Source: an uncultured Gammaproteobacteria bacterium (lineage in GTDB: Bacteria; Patescibacteriota; Patescibacteriia; VMEV01; CAYQCH01). From it: 62,758 nt of DNA. The stretch lies in assembly GCA_964352335.1 (NCBI GenBank), contig CAYGRO010000008.1:1-62758 (forward strand). Reading direction: 5' to 3'. Position 1 is the first letter of the stretch, and the number at the start of each line of letters is the position of its first letter. Under the pieces are notes generated by a model, which ran no database searches, was not told the DNA's origin, and worked only from the letters and a program-made list of their open reading frames with translations. The translations under genes were made by a program, and so were the position numbers. This document shows positions 57,085 to 62,758 of this stretch, in pieces.

Positions 57085-58338
57085 TCAAAAATCTTCTTCA
57101 GAGCTCTTATTTAGTCTTTGGTTAGAATCTTTTGATGACTTATTTTTTGGAATTGTTTTTTCCGCTTCTCCTTTTTCTTCTGGAGGGACAATAATATCTT
57201 GTCCTTTATGCAAGGTATATGGTGGGGTAAGGTTATTTGCTTTTGCTAATACTTTCCATGATACAGCATGTTTTTCTGCAATCGTTTTAATATCATCATT
57301 TGTTTTAACCTCATAAGCCACCCATGTTTTTTTCACCCAGCTTTTTCTTTTTTGTACGATAAAGATAAACGTAAAAATACCAAGAATAATCGCCAAAGTA
57401 GCTAATTCAATCAATAACGCTGGCAATGCTGGTTTACTAAAATACCAATAAGACTCTCCCGTTAATCGTTCGATCTCACCAGAGCGCGTACCAATTTCGG
57501 TTTCTGGATTGGGGTCATATTCTGCAGAAAGAGTCGCATTATACCACCCACCCCAAAAAGGTTTTTCCACTTCAAAATTTAATTCTGAGGCATCACCTCT
57601 GAGAATGGTATATTCTCCCCCATGCTGACTAATTTCTCTCCCGAAAACATTCGTTGTCTTGATAATGATATTTGTATCTGTAGAAACATTCCCGATATTC
57701 TTAATCAATGAAGTATATAAAAAACCTGGCTGATTTTTTCTTGTTTGAATTGTAAAACCAGCAAGCTCTAATTTTCTAATAAGCTGACCAGGAACTGTTA
57801 TAGCGACACGTAAACCCGTTCTAAATGATAAATGCATTCCTGCAGGTCTATCCTCATCTACTTCTCTATCATCTTTTTCTTGAATGAGAATACAACCATT
57901 TTGCTCCCCTACATCTGCATTATCTGGAACCGCAATGGTAAAATTGACTACTTCATTTGTCCCAGGCTCTAAAGTAACTTCGTTTTTTTCTAAAGTAATC
58001 CAAGAACCTACCCCTGTTTGAGTATCTAGGAGTTGTTTACAAGCAAAGCCACCAGAAGAGGAAGGTGTTGCATCTGCAGCATAGACAAGAAGTGTTTTTG
58101 TTTCTGCATCATTATTAATAACTCGAATACCATCTAGTTTTTCATCACCAGGTTCGAGTACATGTACGAAAATAGACTCTGTTCTTGGATTGTCTGCCCG
58201 AGGGTATGCTGGTCTTCCACCAGTACCTCTATATTGAACAGCTTGTGCTGGCACAACAAAAATAAAGCTTAGCGCCAAAAACAGGGTTAGTTTAAAACCC
58301 TGTTTTATAAATTTTTCTGTGGAGAAAAGATGATTCAT
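57085..58338 (-). CDS. DUF916/DUF3324-like surface-complex protein with TM helix and C-terminal LysM
   Basis: Signal peptide, then RPAYPRADNPRTESIFVHVLEPGDEKLDGIRVINND..LLVYAADATP (DUF916-like), a TM helix near residue 300 followed by QKRKSWVKK, then the LysM YEVKTNDDIKTIAEKHAVSWKVLAKANNL..LHKGQDIIVP. Confidence 0.7.
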   Translation of the reverse strand: MNHLFSTEKFIKQGFKLTLFLALSFIFVVPAQAVQYRGTGGRPAYPRADNPRTESIFVHVLEPGDEKLDGIRVINNDAETKTLLVYAADATPSSSGGFACKQLLDTQTGVGSWITLEKNEVTLEPGTNEVVNFTIAVPDNADVGEQNGCILIQEKDDREVDEDRPAGMHLSFRTGLRVAITVPGQLIRKLELAGFTIQTRKNQPGFLYTSLIKNIGNVSTDTNIIIKTTNVFGREISQHGGEYTILRGDASELNFEVEKPFWGGWYNATLSAEYDPNPETEIGTRSGEIERLTGESYWYFSKPALPALLIELATLAIILGIFTFIFIVQKRKSWVKKTWVAYEVKTNDDIKTIAEKHAVSWKVLAKANNLTPPYTLHKGQDIIVPPEEKGEAEKTIPKNKSSKDSNQRLNKSSEEDF

Positions 58339-58344
58339 GTGTAT

Positions 58345-59052
58345 TTAAGAAGCAACAACGCTTAATACCATATCAATATCGTAGTCAGAAGCCGCAGGTT
58401 GCTCCGCTGGGATTGTTTGGGTTACATCTACATCTTGTAATGTATAGTCACCAATGTCATCAGCAGCTGCTGCTGCAGTTATCAATGTAATGCTATCTGT
58501 TGCACCTTCACTAAAAGCAGATGAACCACCTAGTGTAATATTGGTTGTCACACAACTTGAACAAGCTCCTACAGCAAGTGTTCCTCCAGAAGGATCTACA
58601 GATAATTGCCCACCAAATGAATCTGCATCTGCACCATCGGTACATCCACCTGTCGTTGGGTCGTTAAAGTCAAAGTCTGTACCAGCACTATCCCATACAG
58701 CTGTTGTTGCTGAAGCAGCTAAAGAAGCTGTCCAACCACTATCTGCTGCATCAGGATTTGTTACATAAATTTGTTCTGTTGCCGTACCAAAGACACCAGC
58801 CGCACCTGGAGTTTGGCAAGTGAAACTAAATGTTAATGCTCCAAAGACTACTGTAGGAGAAGCAACTGTAACAAATCCGGCATCGACAATGTCGATAGCT
58901 AAAGTCCCAGGATTAATTGTGATTTGGAAATTAGAAGTATCTGCAGCCAAAGCAGCTCCTGTTGTTCCTAGGCTGATTGTTAAAATAAGCGAAATAACCA
59001 AAGCTGAGAATGTATTGGTTTTCGCTAAGACGTTTCTCCACACACGTTTCAT
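58345..59052 (-). CDS. small WxL-like domain surface protein
   Basis: About 235 aa, starting at MKRVWRNVLAKTN with a signal peptide (an alternative start at 59100 is possible). It consists almost entirely of the shared C-terminal module (SGWTASLAAS ... TQTIPAEQPAASDYDIDMVLSVVAS). Confidence 0.75.
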   Translation of the reverse strand: MKRVWRNVLAKTNTFSALVISLILTISLGTTGAALAADTSNFQITINPGTLAIDIVDAGFVTVASPTVVFGALTFSFTCQTPGAAGVFGTATEQIYVTNPDAADSGWTASLAASATTAVWDSAGTDFDFNDPTTGGCTDGADADSFGGQLSVDPSGGTLAVGACSSCVTTNITLGGSSAFSEGATDSITLITAAAAADDIGDYTLQDVDVTQTIPAEQPAASDYDIDMVLSVVAS

Positions 59053-59225
59053 AGCGTTTAGTCTTGAGGCAGACCCAAATAAACAGATCAACTCAAACAA
59101 GAAAAAAATAATAAAATGATTTCATTAAGATTATATCACATATCTAAAAGAAGTTATCCCCACCTGACAAAATTTCCTTTATAAAATGTTCTTTATGAAA
59201 CCGACAATAAAAAATCAACCAAATT

Positions 59226-59567
59226 TTATTGATTCGTATTTAGTTTTAGTATAAAACCCGAAGAAGAAATCGCTTTAATTTTAACAGCAGGCTCAACTTT
59301 TTTTCGTATGCGAGAAACATGCATATTTAAAGCATGACTATTCGTAGAATATTGTGAAAAAGCATGAAATTCAAGGTCTTCTTTTTTAACAAAAATACGA
59401 GAATGTAGTAAGAGATATAAAAATATTCTATATTCTGTCTTTGTCAATGATATCTGACGATTATCTATCTTGATACTTTTTTCAGACAAATCTGCGGTAA
59501 CTGAACCAATACGTAACTCTTTCTGGGAAAATAAAAGACAAAGCGCTGCTCGGATATTACTACCCAA
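59226..59567 (-). CDS. stand-alone OmpR/PhoB-type winged-helix DNA-binding protein (no receiver domain)
   Basis: ISLTKTEYRIFLYLL ... ALNMHVSRIRKKV ... GFILK matches Trans_reg_C. The only in-frame start is TTG at 59567, so the 5' end is uncertain. Confidence 0.65.
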   Translation of the reverse strand: MGSNIRAALCLLFSQKELRIGSVTADLSEKSIKIDNRQISLTKTEYRIFLYLLLHSRIFVKKEDLEFHAFSQYSTNSHALNMHVSRIRKKVEPAVKIKAISSSGFILKLNTNQ

Positions 59568-59601
59568 ACAGCGCCTCTTGTATCGACTCCAGAGCTAGGC
59601 C

Positions 59602-59835
59602 CTAGATTTCGGTCGAATTGATCCCGTCCATAGGCGAAGCGATGGGATTGTCCTCCCCCGCCCATGGCTCCTCGTTCTCAGCAAGGGCTGCTTGCTGTTC
59701 AAGCCCAAGACGGAATTCCTCCAGAGCGCTCCCCGTCAACTCGCTGGGGTCGATCAAGTCGAACCCCGAACTAGTTGCTTCTGCCTTGCGCAATCGACGC
59801 GAGGCTTTTTGATCAGAATCAGATGGTGAACTCAT
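59602..59835 (-). CDS. hypothetical small acidic protein (GC-rich cassette M)
   Basis: 77-aa ORF starting at the ATG at 59835 with the SD gagggg, downstream of the Ku-like gene. Confidence 0.5.
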   Translation of the reverse strand: MSSPSDSDQKASRRLRKAEATSSGFDLIDPSELTGSALEEFRLGLEQQAALAENEEPWAGEDNPIASPMDGINSTEI

Positions 59836-60043
59836 ATTTCCCCTCAGAAAACAAAACCGCCACTCGAAGTGAGTGTACGGCTGTGGTGTGAATGCATATG
59901 CCACTTGGCAATGTCTGTACCACTATATCAAACTCTTTCGATTTTTCTAAAAAAATCTGTGGAAAAAGAAAAGCCCAATGCTTTTCCAAACACGAGATGC
60001 GCTATCTCTTGTCTGGTCAAGCATTGGGGGTAAACGCTAGCGA

Positions 60044-61096
60044 CTACTCGCTAGTTGCGTTCGAGGTGCTGGTATCGAGCACTGCGACGGCTCGTCTGAG
60101 GAACTTGAAGAAGTACCGACCAGCTGCTGCACGAACCATGCCGTCATGGTCGACGAAGGTTTCATGCGTGTACTGCCCTCCCTCGATCTTGGACTTGTGT
60201 AGCCCCTCAAGAGAGGTGTTGAACCGGGTCTTATTGAGGTCAGCATGCCCGTCTTTGAGGACCGGGAGTGCTGCGAAACCTGCTCGCAGGTTGTCCAGTG
60301 CCTCATCCGACGCCTCAAAGTCATCGGGCATTTCCGAGATAGGCCTGAGCTCATCGAGGCTAAGCAAGTCGAAAAGCATCATCGACTTGCCATTTGACGA
60401 CGGACCTAGCAAGGCGACATGCTCGTACTCTCCCGTCACTTCCTGCTCATGCCGCAAAGCGTAGTGAACAACAAGACGCTCGCCAGTGGCCGACACATGG
60501 GCGAGCATCTCCCAAAGCGCTTGCTGGTCTTCGGTGGCCTGCCCCACGACCTGCCTGGTATTGATGTAGCGCTCATCGGCCGTCCGGTCATTGGCCTGTC
60601 GTAGACCGCGAACGACCATGTACTTGAACGCATCACGCCCATCACCAGGTTCGGAAAGGCGAAGAGCGTTTAGCTTGGCCAGCTCGTCAGGGGTTAGCGT
60701 GACCAAGTTCTTCTCACCTTTGGCGATGTAGTACTTGGTTTGAACCTCGCCGGGCTTGAGCTTGCGAGTGCAAGTCTCTTGATCGCAATAGGGCTCAGAC
60801 TCGATCTTGGTTGGGTCGAGCGCCTTCTTGCAAGTCATGTGATTGCAGGCCGTTTGCTTGGTGGGCTGAGGAGCCTTACCTCCAAGAGCAGGCCCACTGA
60901 GCGGACGATCGCAATGATGGCACAATTCCAAATAGGAGATCTTACTCCCACAGGCATCGTGCACCTCCATTTGAGCGAAGGGTTGCCGGTCTTGAACCGG
61001 ATAGAGCTTGATGTTGATCGAGGCGACACCCTCGGGGTTGTTGAGGTACTCGGCTGGATCACCGAAAATCAAAGGAAGGTTGGCAGCAGAACGCAT
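60044..61096 (-). CDS. Ku-like DNA-end-binding protein with Cys-rich insertion (GC-rich cassette N)
   Basis: By-eye similarity to bacterial Ku: SINIKLYPV..F.Q.EVHD.CGSKISY..C..C; KYYIAKGEKNLVTLTPDELAKL; ALWEMLAHVSATGERLVVHYALRHEQ; MMLFDLLSLDELRP. An extra Cys-containing segment of about 60 aa sits after the first block. Confidence 0.45.
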   Translation of the reverse strand: MRSAANLPLIFGDPAEYLNNPEGVASINIKLYPVQDRQPFAQMEVHDACGSKISYLELCHHCDRPLSGPALGGKAPQPTKQTACNHMTCKKALDPTKIESEPYCDQETCTRKLKPGEVQTKYYIAKGEKNLVTLTPDELAKLNALRLSEPGDGRDAFKYMVVRGLRQANDRTADERYINTRQVVGQATEDQQALWEMLAHVSATGERLVVHYALRHEQEVTGEYEHVALLGPSSNGKSMMLFDLLSLDELRPISEMPDDFEASDEALDNLRAGFAALPVLKDGHADLNKTRFNTSLEGLHKSKIEGGQYTHETFVDHDGMVRAAAGRYFFKFLRRAVAVLDTSTSNATSE

Positions 61097-61173
61097 GATT
61101 CACCTGTAAAGGAACAAAGAGAAAAGAAAACGCCCCAAACTCAAAGAGTCGAGACGTAGCAAATGCTTGATAC

Positions 61174-61202
61174 AGAATAGAAAAAAAAGACTGTTTTGAC
61201 AA
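61174..61202 (-). promoter_or_regulatory. sigma70-like promoter for cassette N/M
   Basis: TTGTCA, 17-nt spacer, TATTCT on the minus strand. Confidence 0.4.
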
Positions 61203-61211
61203 GTTATTCTT

Positions 61212-62180
61212 CTAGTTGATTGCAGATGAAATAGCTAAGCGAATTGCCCCCATTGCTGGCTTAACTTTAGGAAGAATAAATTTTGCTTTAGGATAGTTTT
61301 GTCTAACGAGTTTTTTAAAGCGTTTTTGTACAAGCGGGTTTCTTTGTATTACCCCACCAATAAGAACAATAGGAAACTCTTGTGACTTTTTAAATTGTAA
61401 TTTCGAGGCCACAGCTTTTAAAGAGAGAAGCAATTCATTTGCTGACTCAAAACAAATTTGTTTAGCAATTTTGTCACCTATTAATGCTTCTTCTTCTACA
61501 AATAATGCAAGTTGCCCAATATCATGTTTACTATAATCATCATTATAGACAATGGGTAATAACTCTCTGGCTGTTTTAATTTTATAGTGTTTGTAAATGA
61601 CTTTTTCTAATGTTGTTTTGGGACCTCGACCATCATAACTTTTTACTACCGCTCGCAAAGCCTTCCAACCTTGTTCCCAACCACTCCCTTCGTCAGAAAG
61701 TTTCCAGTCTAGTCCATTGGCCCAGGCTTCTTTTCCTTTTTTGTCTCTTCCATAACAGTTGGAACCTGTACCACCAATAAGACAAATACCTTCTTGGTCA
61801 GTAATCCCGCTCCAAAAACCAATAATCGTATCGTTTACAACTTGTAGTCGTTTTGATTGTTTTGGGAGATGTTTTGCAAAAGCTTTTTTCAGCAATTGAT
61901 ATGCTTGATCATGTAGTTTTTTATTATCTAAACCAGCAAATCCTGCGCCGATAGCCGTTAACTGAGTTCTATTATTCAATTTGGCTTTTTTAAACAAAGC
62001 TTGCAAACCATCATGTAAATTGTTGATGATTTCTTTTTCCGAAATTGTATGTAAATTTGTAGGGCCAGAATAATGACGAGCTAAAATAGTTTCCTGCTCA
62101 TCTGTTAAAACCATATCGGTTTTTGTCGCTCCCCCGTCAATTCCTAAAAAATAGTGTGGTTGATTTTGAAGTTTTTTCAT
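61212..62180 (-). CDS. BadF/BadG/BcrA/BcrD-type ATPase (N-acetylglucosamine kinase-like)
   Basis: N-terminus YFLGIDGGATKTDMVL plus GGTGSN and GGV motifs typical of the family. Confidence 0.8.
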   Translation of the reverse strand: MKKLQNQPHYFLGIDGGATKTDMVLTDEQETILARHYSGPTNLHTISEKEIINNLHDGLQALFKKAKLNNRTQLTAIGAGFAGLDNKKLHDQAYQLLKKAFAKHLPKQSKRLQVVNDTIIGFWSGITDQEGICLIGGTGSNCYGRDKKGKEAWANGLDWKLSDEGSGWEQGWKALRAVVKSYDGRGPKTTLEKVIYKHYKIKTARELLPIVYNDDYSKHDIGQLALFVEEEALIGDKIAKQICFESANELLLSLKAVASKLQFKKSQEFPIVLIGGVIQRNPLVQKRFKKLVRQNYPKAKFILPKVKPAMGAIRLAISSAIN

Positions 62181-62216
62181 ATGAGATTATTTTAGCATAT
62201 GAAACAGGGCTTCGCC

Positions 62217-62489
62217 TCATGGAGAAGCAAAGCCCGACTTGTCAGTCTTGTCCTTGTACTCAGAGCCCGTTCCAAAGTCTTGGTCAGACTTGAACAGCTT
62301 CTTGCACTCAGGACAGTAGTCGATCCGCTTGATGCCACCATTGATGAGCCGAGAGTCATCGTAATGCACCTCACGGTACTTCTCTTCATTGACCCAGTCT
62401 TCTTTCGTTTCCGGGTCCTTCATTTGCTGACAACAAATGCAGTAAAGAAGTTTTTCTTTTTCTTTTTCTTTTTCTTTTTCCTCTTCCAT
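62217..62489 (-). CDS. hypothetical zinc-ribbon-like protein with (EK)n tract (cassette O)
   Basis: 90-aa ORF starting at MEEEKEKEK with the SD aggaagggg. The pairs CICC and CPEC form a putative Zn ribbon. Confidence 0.55.
   Translation of the reverse strand: MEEEKEKEKEKEKLLYCICCQQMKDPETKEDWVNEEKYREVHYDDSRLINGGIKRIDYCPECKKLFKSDQDFGTGSEYKDKTDKSGFASP
62451..62480. repeat. Hexanucleotide SSR (tttttc)x5
   Basis: Five perfect tandem units that encode EKEKEKEKEK in cassette O. Confidence 0.9.
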
Positions 62490-62550
62490 TTTCCCCTTCC
62501 TTTGGGTTGACGAGTTTTTGAGAGTATCAGTTTTATCTAGCAAAAGCAAG

Positions 62551-62600
62551 GCTAAAAAGACAGAAGCTCCAGGGATCCCTTGCGGGTTCCCTGGAGCTTC
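62551..62600 (-). terminator. Rho-independent terminator of the truncated upstream GC-rich gene
   Basis: 13-bp stem gaagctccaggga/tccctggagcttc, followed on the minus strand by tgtcttttt. Confidence 0.7.
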
Positions 62601-62623
62601 GATACGCCGATTGTCTCGGACAG

Positions 62624-62758
62624 CTAGTTGAGCTGGTGAGCGGTCGGACCGACCTTGGCCTCCATCTCCTTCAGGCGCATGGTGGCCTTGAACTTGGCCG
62701 TGTAGATCTTGATCCCAATTTCGCGCGCCTGCTCTTGCTCTTGCGTCCTTCCTTCTCC
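62624..62758 (-). CDS. 3' end of a GC-rich gene truncated by the window edge
   Basis: The open frame runs to the window edge and translates ..QEQEQAREIGIKIYTAKFKATMRLKEMEAKVGPTAHQLN*. A terminator follows. Confidence 0.5.
   Translation of the reverse strand, partial: GEGRTQEQEQAREIGIKIYTAKFKATMRLKEMEAKVGPTAHQLN

Noticed and set aside
62199-62510. 103-aa plus-strand ORF ending in poly-Phe
   Set aside because: It is antisense to the zinc-ribbon ORF. The poly-Phe is simply the (tttttc)5 repeat read on the other strand.
1-62758. A CRISPR array, or a prophage as an explanation for the GC-rich DNA
   Set aside because: The repeats present are nested palindromes at irregular, widely separated positions, not a regularly spaced array, and I recognised no cas genes. 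I also recognised no integrase, terminase, capsid or tail genes, and the GC-rich segments are dispersed rather than contiguous.

Overview
This 62.8-kb window comes from a low-GC bacterial chromosome. Hand counts of 60-nt samples in infB gave 12/60 and 23/60 G+C. The backbone is dense and mostly on the minus strand. It carries housekeeping genes (tsaD, a beta-CASP MBL RNase, an NrnA-like DHH phosphoesterase, rbfA, infB, trxB, smc, rpsP, tyrS, valS, a BadF/GlcNAc-kinase-like ATPase) and five tRNAs (Glu-UUC, Leu-UAA, His-GUG, Arg-UCU, Ile-UAU). It also has a pseudopilin/PilM-like pair, an orphan histidine kinase and several very large surface proteins. The gene style (911-aa SMC, four-helix-bundle cassette, cohesin-like surface proteins) looks Patescibacteria/CPR-like, but that is inference only.

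Three things stand out:

1. About 13 gene-sized segments have much higher GC (34/60 in a sample at 4011-4070; by eye about 47-62%). They are scattered singly between housekeeping genes. Each has its own AT-rich sigma70-like promoter, a strong SD and a hairpin terminator. Most encode ORFans, plus an IMPase-family enzyme, an NlpC/P60 protein, a Ku-like protein and a PKD lipoprotein.
2. The tRNA cluster at 18-22 kb carries several rearrangement scars. A 2-kb GC-rich element is bounded by a 23-bp direct repeat of the tRNA-Leu 3' end and has no integrase. A four-helix-bundle gene is flanked by 32-bp inverted repeats. A tRNA-Arg 5'-half pseudogene is split by a 20-bp palindrome.
3. An 11.8-kb seven-gene operon (47326-59100) combines WxL-like C-terminal modules, a DUF916/DUF3324-like anchor protein, two membrane-anchored cohesin-like proteins and a dockerin-like protein.

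Nested-palindrome MITE-like repeats fill several intergenic gaps. I recognised no rRNA, CRISPR array, integrase, transposase or phage structural gene. All homology calls come from motif recognition by eye, not from searches.
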